From: Camelus ferus
Lineage: Eukaryota
Assembly (NCBI RefSeq): GCF_009834535.1
Contig: NC_045704.1
Coordinates: forward strand, 17,856,001-17,920,000
Direction of reading: 5' to 3'
Length of the DNA stretch: 64,000 nucleotides
Part shown: piece by piece, positions 33,801-46,439 of the stretch
How positions within the stretch are numbered: position 1 is the first letter of the stretch
How the letters are laid out: each line of letters opens with the position of its first letter
Notes under the pieces: generated by a model
The model's database searches: none
What the model was told of the DNA's origin: nothing
Seen by the model: only the letters and a program-made list of their open reading frames with translations
Position numbers and translations under genes: made by a program

Positions 33801-36800
33801 AAGAAGGGGGAGTTCTCCAGAGCTTCACGAAGTTCTTCTAGGCGTGCCACGTACTTTCTCTGTGCATGAGAGGGAGGGTTTTTTGGTTAGCTTAGGGACT
33901 TTGTGGGTCCTTACCCACCTTGAGATCTGACCTCATTCCGCACCCCCAGAAGAAGCAGGCAGACCCCAGCCAGGATGGGATGAGGGGAGCCATGGGGAAA
34001 TGGCAGGTGGGGGTGGGCGCATGGCACAGACAAGAGTGTGCTCAGTAGATTACAGAATACCCACAATTCCTAGCAGCTCCTCTCACCAAGAGGTGGAGGC
34101 TTTCCCTTAGAATCTAGGCTTTGGTCATTATGACTTGCTTTGGCCAGAAGAACATGGCAGGAAGGATGGTGGCCATTCTGAGCCTAGCCATCGAGAAGCT
34201 TGGATTTTTCACTTGTTCTCTTGGCAGGTTGCTTCCAAAATGAGAACAAGCCCGGGCTAGCCTACTGGATCAAGCCATCAGCTGAGACAGTGAGGCAGCC
34301 ACCAGACGTGAGTAGAGCCCTCCTAGACCAGCCAGCCCCGGCCAGGCCACAGCTGGCCAGACAGTGAGCAATGCCAGCTAGTATCAGCCAGCCTCGGCCC
34401 GCAGCAAATGACTGCTGTGGGGAGGGTATGGCTCAGTGGTAGAGTGTGTACTTAGCATGCATGAGGTCCTGGACTCAATCCCCAGTACCTCCATTAAAAT
34501 AAATAAATAAACCTAATTACCTTCCCGTCCCCCCCCCCCCAAAAAGAAGATATCCCTAAAGAAAAAGTCATAGTGGCAATGTATGCATGGCCCTAAATTA
34601 GGCACCTTAATAGATCATGAAAGAGTCCCATTAAAAAAAAGAAATGGCATGATAAAAAAAAAAAAAGAAAGAAAAGAAAAAGACCATTGACTTGGGAGCA
34701 ACCATGACAGTGGTGGTCCTAAGCTGGGTGCCCCGCTCACCAGGATGGCACGGTTTCCGTCCACAAAGTCCTCCAGCACCTTCGTCACCTGCTCCAGCTC
34801 CTGGGTTTTCTTGAAGTTAGTGTTGCAGGTCCCGTCGGCTTTCTGCAGGATGAGGGGTAGCATGACTTTTTCTTCCCACGCCCGACACCAAGCAGCCTCA
34901 GGCACCTCTGGGAGCCGCCTACCTGCCTCTATGCTCACCTGCTGCCCAAGGGAAGCCAGCCCACCTGCCCAGCCCTAAGTCATACTCCTGAGCAACCAGT
35001 CCTTCAAGTCTAACCTTGAACTCCCTGGTGGAGCCAGTCTAGCCAAGAGGGCTTTACAGCAGGGGTGGATCTGGCCTTGAATCATGACTGCTACTTTCTA
35101 GCTGGGTAGCCTTAAGCAAGTCACTTCACCTGCCTCAGCTGTGATTTCCTCAACTGGAAAATGGGAATTGTGTTAGTATCTTCCTCCTAAAGTGATATAA
35201 GGATTAGAGGAGACTGGGTGTGCAGGATACACCGCACAGTGTCTGGCATGTAGTAAGTAAGCACTCAGTAAATGAGACTAATATTTTGTTATGTCTGAGA
35301 GAGGCATAGAGAAGCCCCCTGAGCCATTCTGCCATTTGGTGCCAAAGTGCCATGTGGGCACTGGTAACATGGAGATAACAGGACAGGTACAAGCAGATGA
35401 GGGAGGCAGGTATTGAATAAGGTCATCACAAAGGGAGATAAGAATAATGGAGTAAAGGGAGTTACGAAGAGTTAAAGAGACGCTGTGATCTAGTAGGGTG
35501 GAAATCAAGGAGGGCTTCCTGGAGGAAATGAAATTTGTAAGGAGACATGAAAATAACTGGGAGTCAACCAGGGGAAGACAGTCCTGGCACAGGGAACATC
35601 ATGTGGAGAGGGCCTGTAGCAGGAGAGGGCAGGACTCTACCTAACAAATGAAAGTACTTCACTGTGCCATCTACAGGGGACTGTGGCACAGCCACAAACA
35701 GCTGTTATAGAGCTGTAAAAGAAGGAAGGAAAGAAGGAAAGAAGGGAGGGAGGGAGGGAGGGAGGGAGGGAGGAAAGAAGGAAGGGTCTCCTATCTCTCT
35801 ATGAAATGATATGGAAAACTCTCCAGGACTATACCACCTTTTGTAAGAAAGGGAGGAAAATTTAGTATGTACAATTGCATTTGTTTGCATATACAGGAAA
35901 AAATATAAAAAAATGATAAAGTGCTTTCCCATGAGGAGGCAGGGGTTGGCGGGACAGAATGGGAAGGACAGCAACAGGGCTGGGAGAGAGATTTCTCCTA
36001 TATACCCTTTTATAATATTATTTTGACTTTCGAACTGTGGAAATAGCTATTCAAACAACTAGATTTAATTCACGGAAGGAAGGAAGGAAGGAAGGAAGGG
36101 AGAAAAGAAAGAAGAAAACAGAAAATTTTTCTCCATAACGAGGAAAAAGCCCCTCCAGCTGCTGTGCTGGATGATGGTCAGAGGGGGTGAGGCCAGGGTC
36201 TGGAAGCCCAGGGAGACGAGGGCCGGAGAAGATGGGGCCGGAGGCAAACAGAGCCTTGGGAAGGGGAAAAGAAGATGGAATTGAGAGATGCTCAGGCAGA
36301 TAGATAAACAAAACTTGGTCACTGATGGACACGTGGGTGAGAGAGAAGCAGGGCCTCTCCTAGCCCCGGTCCTTCCATCCTCCGAAGTCTCCTGCTCTCT
36401 CTCCAGATCTTGCTTCTTTCCAGCTTTCTCTGACACCCTGGTTCCCTAGGAAGCCCTGCCTCAGATCTAGCTCCAAGCCCTCTAGAGACAGGCAGGCTAG
36501 CAGCTCCTGGCCCTCACCTTGATGCCCTCGATCCGGAAGCCCAGGGTGGAGGTGGAGCTCATGGTCTCCCGCCACTGCATGTAGCGGGGCTTGGTGACTG
36601 CACCCTGGGCATGTTCCTCGGGGGTGGGGGCCCCGGGGTCCACAGCCACCATCTTCTCATACATGTCTTTGCGGGGCCGGGGCCGTTCTCGTGCCTTCAC
36701 CAGCTCCTCCTCCAGGTAGGTCCTGGGACAAGGAGGGTGTCACAGAAGAAATTATGAAGAACAAAGCTGGAGGGCTTATCTCCCTGATATCAAGGCATAT

Positions 36801-39800
36801 TATAAAACTACAGTGTGGCACAAGAACAGACAAATAGATCGATAGACTGGAACAGAGTTCACAAACAGACACACACATCTACATTCACCTAATTTATGAC
36901 AAGGAGGGCACTGCAATTCAGTGTAGAAAGGGAAATCTTTTCAACAAATGGTGCTAGGTCAATAGGATATGGGGAGGGAGAAAAAAAAAAAAAGAACCTC
37001 GATTCCTACCTCACACCATATAGAAAAATTCATTCTAGATGGATTGCAGAGCTAAATGTGAAAGTTAAAACAAAGCTTATAGAAGAAAACATAGGAGAAG
37101 ACCTTCATGACCTTGGAGTAACAGATTTTTTAAATACAAAGCTACTAATCATCATGGACAAAATTGACAAACTGTATTAAATTTAAAGTATTTAAAAAAA
37201 AAAAAACACCAAGGACCTACTGTATAGCACAGGGAACTATATTCAACTTCTTGTAATAACATATAATGGAAAATAATCCAAAATTGAAAGTATGTATATA
37301 TATAACTGAATCACTTTGCTGTACACCTGAAACTAACATTATAAATCAACTACACTTTAATTAAAAAAAAAAAGTTCATGGACATAAGGGTAGACAGAAA
37401 AAAAAAAAGGTACGTCTGTTTATCGAAAGATATTATTAAGAGAATGAAATGGGAGAGTTGTAGGATGGGTGTGTGTGTGTGTGTGTGTGTATCTCCAGCA
37501 AAGGACTTATTTCTAAAATATATAAAGAATTACAAATCTTTATAACACAAAGAAAAAGACAGACAGCCCAAAAGAAAGGTGGGCAAAATATTAAAATGGA
37601 CACTTTTCCAAAGAGGATATCCAAGTTGTCAACCAATGCTCCACTTCTTTGGTCATCAGAGAAACAGACATTAAAACCATAATGAGACATTCACCAGAAG
37701 GGCTAAAAGTGATATAACAGGTAATATGAAGTGTTGATAAGAAGACAGAACAACTGGAACTCTCACACACTGTTGGTGGGAAAAGATGCTGGTAGAACCA
37801 TTTTGAAGATCAGCTTGGCGCTATCTTCAAAAATGCCCACCTGACCCTCCACCTCTGCCCCATGGCTGCCCCTGAACCCACCTGCTGCCCATCTTGCAGT
37901 CCATGATGGAGGGGTTTTCAAAGTCTGCCAGGAGATCTTCCATCTGGTTGAAGGCCTGGCCATCCCGCTGCACCATGCCATAGTAGGCTGGCACGAAAGG
38001 CCGCAGGGGGTCCCGCATCAGCTGCTCCAGGCTCCGCTGCTCACACTGACAGAAACGCTTTAGAATCCAACCATCCTCTCCTGCCTGGAAGTTCCCTATG
38101 AGCAGCAGTCAAGGAGAGGGTTAGAAACTGGATGAGCAAGACTCCCCCCCATCTCTCATATGTATCAGATCCTCGCCATCATCATTTTGCCTGACCCTCC
38201 CACAATACTTCCCTTCCCTGCAACTCTCAAAATCTGGGCCAGAGGTGGTGAAGGAAGGGCCTATTTCTGCATTTTGTTTAAACAGGGTCCTTTTCACAAC
38301 ACCAATGATTGTGTCATTGGTTTTATAATTTTGGATTATGAACTCACCATCAGCTGTGGGAATTTTTTGTGAGATCTGAGTTAAGAGCATGACTCCCCAG
38401 AGCAGATTTGCATTTGCTTCTGCCTGAAGTCCCAGAGTGCTAACAATCAGGACCTTAAGTTAAGTTACAAATCTGGCATTTCCTGAGCCATGTAGATAGT
38501 TAGTGTAGCTTAGAATTACAAATTCTCATTGAGGCAGATTGTATTTTCAGATTATATTTTCCAAAGACGGCTGCAACAGTAGTTCATGTCCCACATCATG
38601 CTCTTCTAGAATTCTGCCACTCACAGCAAGAAGTGGAATCTATATACCGGAAATTAGCACAACATTGTAAATCAACTATTTCAATTAAAAAAGAAATGGA
38701 ATCTAATTTTTCTCCCTTTGAATCTGAGAGGGCTTATGCCAGAAGTAACTTCAGAGTCTAAGTCTTAAACAGGGGATCAGCTTCCACTTTGTTGGCAGAG
38801 ACACCTTTGCAGCTCTGAGCTGCCATGTAAGAAACCTGACTGCTCTGAGGCCACCTCATTGTGAGGAAGCCCAAACAGCCACAAAGAAAAGCTACATACA
38901 GGCTTTCCAGCTGAGAACCAGCAAGTAACCAGTATCCACTGCCTGGCATGTGAGTGAATGAACCTCCAAACATTTTCAGCTTGCAGCCTTCAAGTTGTCC
39001 TAGCTGAATTCCCAGGTATTGCAGAGCAGCCACAAGCCATCCCTGCCATGCCCTGTCTGAATTCCTGACCCCAAACCTGTGAGTGTAATAAAATCCTTGT
39101 TTTATTCCACTAAATTGTGATTTTTTTTTAAAACGCTGCTAAGTTTTGAGTTTTCCATTTTTTGTTTTTTTGTTTTTTTAACTCAGCAATAGTAACTGGG
39201 ATACATACAGACGGCTGGCCTGTGTTTTCAGTTTGAGGGGGCCCTTGCCTTCCTCTGGCTCAGATCTAAGGATGAACAGGCAGATAAGTTCCCTTCCTGC
39301 CTCCCTCTGCTGGTAGGTACAGTCTGTCTAGTCCAGCCCACTGCTTGTTTTTGTAAACAAAGCTTTATTGGAACACAGACACGCTCACGTTTCTGAATTA
39401 CCTGTGGCTGCTTTCATGCTGCAATAGTAAAGTTGAGTAGTTTATACTCATTGTCCAGCCCTTTCCCAAAAGTACTATATGCTCGGCCTTGTGCTACAGT
39501 GTTATAGACATTGTGCTAGGTTCTGGAGGAAAACCCTTATAGCTGTTTCTTACTGGGGGCCTACCCTTCTCTGACACAGGGCGATGATAGGGACTGAAAA
39601 TTGTCATTTATGAGGGACCTGTCTCTCAATCTTGATACACATTTTGATGTTAACCCTTCAGTTTACCCTGCAAGGGGGGTACAATTATCTCATATTACAA
39701 AGGAGGACACTGAAGACCGGTGAGGGAAAGTAACTTGCCCAGGGTCATCCACTAATAAAGAGCACAACTAGGATTTGAGCCCAGGCCCGTCTTTCCCCCT

Positions 39801-42800
39801 GGTTGAAGATTTGTCCCCGATTCCCAACACAGGAGTAACAGGGAACAGCCCTCCATCCTGTCTCTGATGTACGAATGGCCCAGCCCAGGCCTAAGTACTT
39901 CCAATAACAGCTCCCTCAGCCCCCTGGAGACGGTCACCAAGCCCATTTTACAGACGGGGAAACTAAAGTACAAAGAGCAGTCCCTTCCCCAGCCCAGGCG
40001 TCTCTGCCTAGCCCTGCCTGCCCCCTGCCCTCCCTTCTCCCTAATGCTCTTACCAGAGTGTCCAGACAGCTGGACCCAAGGGTAGTGTTTTCGGAAGGAG
40101 ACCACAAAGGGCGAATATTTCAGAACAGTCTTCAGCTTCTTCCATGGTTTGTTCTGTGTGGGGCAGAGAGTCTGGGGTCAGGGCAAGGCTGAGGAGGGAA
40201 GGGGATGGGGCTGCTGCCATGAGAGGGAACCAAGCTGGACCTGGGGTCTTCCCACAGCCGGGGGTTTCCTGGGATCCCTAGTCCCAAGCTCACTGGGGTA
40301 AGCAAAGCTCACTTACTTTAGCAATCATGAGATCGCCAAAGGCCTCAGCAAAGGCGGGGAAGAGCCTCTGTCCATTTCTCTCTGTGTCTGTCATCACTTT
40401 GTGTCTCTCTGTCTTTCTTGAAGGACTAAAGATAGGCTAGGTTTTGTTGCATTTACCAGCAACCCCCAAATCTTCCCCCAGACATATACACGCCAAAAAC
40501 ATGGAAGCCTTCTCTCTGTCCCTGAATTAAGTCAGATCTTCCAAGGAAAATGATACAGGCAGGAATTGATGGATGGAGGCTGAACCACAGGGACAGACAG
40601 AAACAGAGACAGATGACAAAGTGATGACAGAGACAGAGAGACAGGGACAAAGACAGAGATTGCGGCAGTCATGACAGCTGGAACTTAGCTTTGGCCAATG
40701 ACATGTGAGCACTCCTGGGTGGAAGCCTTAAAGCCAGTGCATGACTCTCCATGTTCTGTTCCCTATTGTAGAAAAGGGTTGGGGCAGGGTATAGCGCAGT
40801 GTGCATACCTGGCATGTGTGAGGTCCTGGGTTCAATCCCCAGTACCTCCATTAAAAATAAATAAATGAATAAATAAACCTAACTACCTCCCCACACACAC
40901 ATACACAAAAATAAAATTGTTGGGGGAACTGTGGGAAAAGAAACAGAGGCTGAGTGAAGACAGCACAGAGCAGGGCGCCCTCACCCATCATTTACCAGGT
41001 CAATGTGAAGTATGAACAAAAATAATCCTTTGTTGCTCAAAGTCAGTAAGTTTGGGGGATGGTTGTTACTGTAGCAAATTCTGATCTCTTCTGACAGGCA
41101 CAGAATTACTAGAAGAGAAAGATAGAAAGACAGAAAGGGAGACAGATACAAAGTAATGACAGAGAAAGAAAAACATAGAAGCAGAGAAAGACAGAGAGAG
41201 AGAGACAGGAGCAACAACAACAACAACAACAACAACAACAAACAGAGAAGTAAACAGAAAGCAAAGATTTAGTTGTAACATGTTGACTGAACCAAGAGCT
41301 TCTTGAGACCTGGTTAGTGTCTGATTCACCGCATGCACACACGCAAACGCGAATACCTTCTCTGCTCCAAGCACATAGCAGGCTCTTAGCAAGCACTGGG
41401 AGAATTGGTCGACCCCAGAGGAAAAAGCTGTGTGCCTCATCTCCTCCGACCCCAGGGCTGAGACCATGTTCTCTCCTGCCTCCCAGAGCCCAGCTACCTA
41501 GCAGACATCTAATTGACGGTGGGAAGAGGCAGGGTGTTAGACTGCAGGATTCAGGAAGGGCTATTCCCTCCCCTCTCCAGCTGCCAGCCCTGGAGAGGAG
41601 GTGATTAATAAAGGTTCCTGTTTACTAAGCACCTGGAACATTCCAGGCACAATGACAAAGGTTCAGTGTGCCACAACCTACTTAATCCTAAAAACACAAC
41701 CCCAGGAGGATTGTTGACTGTTACAGAAGAGGAATCAGAGATGCAGAGGGGTGAAGTCACCCGTCCAAATCACATAGCCCAGTGCTGAGGTCTTATCTCT
41801 GGTCCAACCCCACTGCCCTGGGCTTACCCACTACAGCCCTGCTGGACTACAAGCTTTGAGGGCAGGTCTGGGGTTGTCATGGTTACAACCGTGTCCCCAG
41901 GCATGGCCTGATACACAATAGGTGCTCCAAAAATGTTGTTTGGATTGAAGAAGGTTGGTTGAAACTGTCTCTTTTTTTTCCCATAAGCATATTCAGTATC
42001 TTCTCTCTCTTTTCTTAGATCTGATAGTTAATCTGGGCTTTCTCAGATGGTTTCATGATGGCCTCAGCCCACGTGCCCCCTTTCTCTAGGAAGCCCTCTC
42101 TGGTCTGGCCAGTCACCTTCTCTAGACTCCCACAACCCTCTGGGCTTCCCCTATCCCTGGCCTGACCACTCTGAGCTGTCACTGCCTGGTGATGGGTCTG
42201 TCTCCTCCATCGGCCTGGGTGCTCTAAGTAGGCAGTGTCTGGGTCACTGCTGTGTCCCTAGCAAAGCCAACATAGGGCCGGACACATAGTAGGGATTGGG
42301 AACTGTTTGTTGTCTGATTAGGAGGACAGGATGGGTGTAAGAAGGAAGGACAAGGGGAGGAAAGGAAAAAAGTAGCTGGGCCTTTAAGGTCAGATGGGAT
42401 TTCAAAACGAAGCGGGAAGGAAGCGAGGGGTATTCTGGGTGGTGGGAACAGCTTGAGCAACGCATGGAGGCAGGATGGCAGCAGGGTGTTCGAGAGAACA
42501 GTGTGTACTTCAGCTTCCCTGCAGCAGAAGGAGTCAGGAGGGGAGCTGAACTAGGAAGGAGCTGGAGACAGGAAGCTCTGAACACAGGACTGAACTCCTG
42601 ATCGCTATCAGCAAGGCCCTGGGGAGCCATGGAAGACTCTGGAGCAGGGAAAATTCAAAAGTTAATCAAAGCTGGGCTCTGGAGACAGATTCTGGAATGA
42701 TAAGGAAAAACTGGAGATCAGGAGACCTGGGAGGAAGTCAAGTTAGGGATGGATCCACATGCTGCAAGGGTTAAAAAGACTGGGTTTTCAAATCAGCCAG

Positions 42801-45309
42801 AACTGAGTTAGAATCCGGGCTCCCACTAGACTTGGCCAACTCTCAGCCAGTGCCCTCACCTCTCTAGGCTTCAGTTTCCTCTCTGTAAAATGGAGATAAT
42901 AAATAATCCCACTCTTACAGCCCTGTTATGAGGATGCAATGAGTTAATACGTACACAGCACTTGGGAAAGTGCCTGGTGTTCAGTAAGGGTTTGAATTGC
43001 AGTTCTGTGTCTTCCAAGGTCTGTGACTTTGGATGAGTCTCTGTGCCTCAGTTTCCTCATCTCTAAAATGGGGATAATAGGACCTCATAGGGCTGCTGTG
43101 AAGATTAAATGAGTTAATACGAGCAAGGAGCTTAGCACAGGGCTGAGCACAGGCAAATGATAGCTGCTATATTTTTTTTCTTCATGCACCTCAGTGCAGC
43201 TGTTCTCAGATGACAAGGAGGTGAGGGAGTAGGCAGAGAGAGCAGCATTGCAGAAAGCCCCCAGGGTCAGCTCCTTAACTCCAGCACAGGCAGGTTGAGG
43301 CAGGTCTGTCTCTTACATCTGTGGCCACATGTGAGAGCACATTCCTAAAGGGAAGCATGTGGGGTGAGGGGGGCTCAGGGAAGACTCCAACCAAGGGCCC
43401 CAGGACAACAGGAGGAGGACCCAGCAGGCAGACCCAAGTCCACGTGAGGCTCTTGCACCTGCCTCTGTGCTGACCCTCCCTCCCTGAACCTGCCCTGCCG
43501 GCCTCCTGATTCACCAGAGGAGAACCGCACCCAAGCTAGAGGTGAGGGTGGAGAATGTAAACAAGAGTCTGCAGGAGCGCTCCTGGGGGCCTGGGGGGCA
43601 ATGGGGAGATGGGAGAGCCCCTGGCTAGGCTGGGGGTCCCATAGCATTTGGGGTTCACATAGCCCTTTGAGAATCTGATAAAAGCTGGGAGCTCACTCCT
43701 TACAAAAGTGAATGAGCTAAGGGGGGTGAAGGTTGGTGACCCCTTAAGGCAGCCACGGGCTCCAGACTAAGAAATGCAGGGTAGAAAGAAAGTGCACCCT
43801 TTCTGTCTCCCTATACTAGTGCTCTTCAGAGTTTGGGGTCATAGACTGTCTAGAGGATCCAACAGAAGTCATAGACCCTTGCTGCAAAGCATGTCTATAC
43901 ACACACAGACTCACACAATTTCAGGGGTTCCTGGGTGCCAAGAAGTCAGCCAGTGACCATCCATTTTAGACCCCAGGACTGGAGGCGGGAAGGGGGGTGC
44001 GTGAGGGGAAAGGAGAGCATTAACTGGAGAGTGCCTGGAGAGCATTAGTAGCCCTGCTGTCAGAGGGAAGAGGTGCCCAGAGATGAAACTGCTGGCAGAG
44101 TTCTAGAGAACTTCTCAAAGGAAAGGCAGGGAGGAATCAGGTTTTGCGGGGATGAGGCTCAAAGGCAGGATGGGTCCCACTCACCCCAGACCTGTCCTCA
44201 GGGTCGCTGGCACCTCCGCCCCCGGCCACCACGTCATCCTCAGACTCGTCGAAAGAGGAGGCAGAGGAGAAGCCACCACTGCCCACCTCAATCTGGGAGG
44301 GGGGTTCCACCGGCTGAGCCTCAGGCTCAGGGGTTTCAGGAGTGATGATGAGGCGGGGCACAGGGGTCAGGGGGCTACATTCCAGGTGAGAGTACAGGTG
44401 AGTCACCAACTCCCCGTGTTCTTGTTCCTCTAATGGGCCATCTTGGTTGTTCTCCCCCAAAAGGCAGTCTGTCCCAGGCTCTGTCTGGGGACCATCAGTG
44501 CCAGGCTGTGTCCAGAAGCCATCGGTATCTTGTGTTGAGAAACCATCGGTGCCAGGCTGTTTCCAGACTGTTTCAGTATCCTGCGGTATCTGGGAGCCAT
44601 CACTGTGCAGCTCAGTCCAGGGGTCTTCAGTATCCTGTTTTGTCCTGGAGCCATCAGTGTACAATTCTTTCCAAGAGCCATCAGCACTTGGCTCTGTTGA
44701 GAGAGAGGCTCCCTCTGGTTGAGTCCAGGCGTTGGACCTGTTCTGGTGGGTCCAGAGGTTAGCCCAGGGCTTGGCCCTCGCTGGCTGGGTCTGTGACCCA
44801 TGTATTTCTAGCTCTGTCCAGGGCCCATCAACCCCTGGCTGTGCCCAGAGGTTAGCCCTTTCTGGCTGAGACTGGAGGTCGAACCTGTGTGGATCAGCCC
44901 AAAAGCCATCTGTCCCGGTGTCTGTCCGGGCACCGGCTGTCTCCAGCTCTGAACAGTGGGTGCTCCTTTCTGGAAGTGTATGGAGGATGGACCTGCCTGT
45001 CTTTTGGCTGGGCCGCTCCGTCTCCGCTCCGAGGCCAGCTGCTTCAACCTCAGCCTGTCCGTCGGTCCCCGACTCAGGCCCAAGGCCGGCCCTCTCGGGT
45101 TCGGTGTGGATATCGGATCCCTCGGTCCCGACCCGGGGCCCGCCCCTCTCCAGCCCCCCCACTGGACCCCCTGCGCCGGGCCCAGGTCGCTGCTGCCCGG
45201 GTTGCCGCCGCCGCCCCCCTCGCTGCGCCGCCAGTCCCATGCGGGCCGCCCCCGGCAGCGCCCCGGCCTCCGCCTCGCTCAGGCTTCCCCGGCACGGGCA
45301 GCGCCTCAT
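30893..45309 (-). CDS. ITPKC: Inositol-trisphosphate 3-kinase C, 673 aa, exons 44185-45309, 40054-40153, 37882-38095, 36518-36722, 34741-34842, 33788-33859, 30893-31096
   Basis: 1125+100+214+205+102+72+204 = 2022 nt, GT-AG. Starts [10 protein letters not shown]. Contains [16 protein letters not shown] (CaM-binding region), the [16 protein letters not shown] signature, SSLL and MIDFGKT, and ends LLQGLAQS. Confidence 0.98.
31233..31893 (+). pseudogene. Probable retrotransposed mRNA 3'-end fragment, parent not identified, containing a later SINE insertion
   Basis: Splits a MIR (...CCTGGGTTCAAAT | ATCCTAGCTCTGCC...). AT-rich, UTR-like sequence ending AATAAA (31868-31873) plus an A-tail (31883-31893). 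Confidence 0.55.
31433..31562 (+). mobile_element. Vic-1-type SINE (long tail)
   Basis: GGGTATAGCTCAAATGGTAC ... GGTTCAATCCCCAG with (AAAT)n and an A-rich tail. Confidence 0.88.
32451..32594 (+). mobile_element. Vic-1-type SINE (long tail)
   Basis: Near-consensus head. TSD AGAAATACATTTTT (32436) / AGAAATACATTCTT (32604). Confidence 0.9.
34040..34415 (+). mobile_element. MLT1 (MaLR) LTR fragment
   Basis: GACTTGCTTTGGCCAGAAGAACATGGCAG and AACAAGCCCGGGCTAGCCTACTGGA motifs. Confidence 0.6.
34417..34548 (+). mobile_element. Vic-1-type SINE (long tail)
   Basis: Head plus (AAAT)n-ACCTAATTACC-C-run tail. Confidence 0.88.
35720..35782. repeat. (GGAA)n/(GGGA)n tract; a second (GGAA)n lies at 36075-36100
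   Basis: Direct reading. Confidence 0.9.
36745..37800 (+). mobile_element. Old L1 ORF2 fragment with a nested younger L1 3' end (about 37210-37376) and (TG)n
   Basis: TCTTTTCAACAAATGGTGCT and CCTACCTCACACCATATAGAAAAATT. The nested part reads ACAGGGAACTATATTCAA ... CTGAATCACTTTGCTGTACACCTGAAACTAAC plus A-tail. Confidence 0.75.
37466..37490. repeat. (TG)n microsatellite
   Basis: Direct reading. Confidence 0.9.
38545..39115 (+). mobile_element. MLT1 LTR with a 50-bp L1 tip inserted at 38643-38692
   Basis: CTGCCATGTAAGAA, GTGAGGAAGCCCAA and CCTGTCTGAATTCCTGACCC. TSD GAAGTGGAATCTA / GAAATGGAATCTA. Confidence 0.7.
39320..39480 (+). mobile_element. MER58-like DNA transposon fragment
   Basis: TTTTTGTAAACAAAGCTTTATTGGAACACAG ... 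TGTGGCTGCTTTCATGCTGCAAT. Confidence 0.65.
40781..40912 (+). mobile_element. Vic-1-type SINE with a small A-box deletion
   Basis: GGGTATAGCGCAGTGTGCATACC ... GGGTTCAATCCCCAGTACCTCC plus long tail. Confidence 0.85.
41212..41241. repeat. (CAA)n microsatellite
   Basis: About 10 CAA units. Confidence 0.9.
42190..43160. mobile_element. L2(-) followed by two MIRs
   Basis: L2 42190-42720. MIR cores CTTCAGTTTCCTCTCTGTAAAATGG and CTCAGTTTCCTCATCTCTAAAATGGG. Confidence 0.6.
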
Positions 45310-45329
45310 GCCCGCACCCTCGGCTCGGG

Positions 45330-45800
45330 CTTTGACCGGACCTGGCCCCTCCTGTCCCTTTAAATCCCTCGAGGGGTGTGGCTGGGGAGACACAACTCGC
45401 GGGTTCCGGCCCGGGAGCTCCAGCCCGCCCAGCCACGCAGGGGTTAACCGATACTCTCCCCCCCTCCTTTCCCGGGGAAAGCCCCGAAGCCCCGCCTCAC
45501 CGGACGTGACGTAAAGGGGCTGGGCCTTGCCTGGCCCCTCCTATCTCTGTTGGTGGGGTGGGCTCCGAGCGCCTGGTGCTCTCGTCCAGGTCGGATTTGG
45601 GGCGTTTGTGTGGTGCTCTTGGGCCAGTGGACCCCCCCACCCCCGCAACTAATCCAATCTCCCTACACTCTCGAATGACTACTTTAGTCTCTCTCTAACC
45701 CCTGGCGACGAGTCTAGAAGCGTGCCCATTCTTTACGCAGCGCCGGGAAGGACTTTCAAATACTTGGGAATTCCACTTATGTGGGTTTGAGACCCGCCTC
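45330..45800 (-). promoter_or_regulatory. ITPKC promoter (CpG island shared with the 5' part of exon 1)
   Basis: TATA-like ATTTAAA at 45358-45364 about 50 nt above the ATG, kB-like GGGGAAAGCCCC 45474-45485 and GGGAATTCC 45766-45774, CRE-like TGACGTAA 45507-45514. Confidence 0.6.
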
Positions 45801-46439
45801 TTACCTTGATTGAGTGACTTCCGCTCCCAACCCCCTGCCCCAGCCCTAGACTCTGTTTTCTCACTTGTAAAATGAGGACACATTATGTTATTTTATTGTT
45901 TTGAAAAATATGTGTTCAGTGCCACAAGAGCCAATCACTTCTACCAACTGGGAAATTAAGGTCCGGAGCAATGAATGAATGTGTCTAAGGTCAAGTGGGG
46001 TTTAATGAGGGGTGAAGCCATGTTCTTAATCTCTGAAGCAAGGATGCCTGGTTTCAAATGCTGGCTCCAACCCTTACTTCCGGAATGACCATTCCCAACA
46101 GACCTGTCTCCTCTGAGCCTCAGTTTCCCCATCTATAAAAAGAGTTTCTATGGGGATTTTTATTTATTCACAACAACGTTTACATTTGTGCACTTGCTTT
46201 GTGCCAGGCGTTATACTTACTACTTTACACCTCAAATTTTGTGAGGTAGGAGTCATCATCATCCCTGTTGCACTGTCAGGGAAACAGAGGCACAGAAAGG
46301 CAAAGCAGTGAGTCAAAGATCACCTAACTAAATTGTGTAAATTTGAACCAAAATTTGGGCTTTTGATCTCTATTGAGCGATATAACTTGCTGTTGAGGCT
46401 GGGGGTGTTGGAGGAAGAGCCGGAAGTAAGAATATTTTC

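Noticed and set aside
44918-45514. 198-aa plus-strand ORF
   Set aside because: Antisense shadow of the GC-rich ITPKC exon 1 and CpG island.
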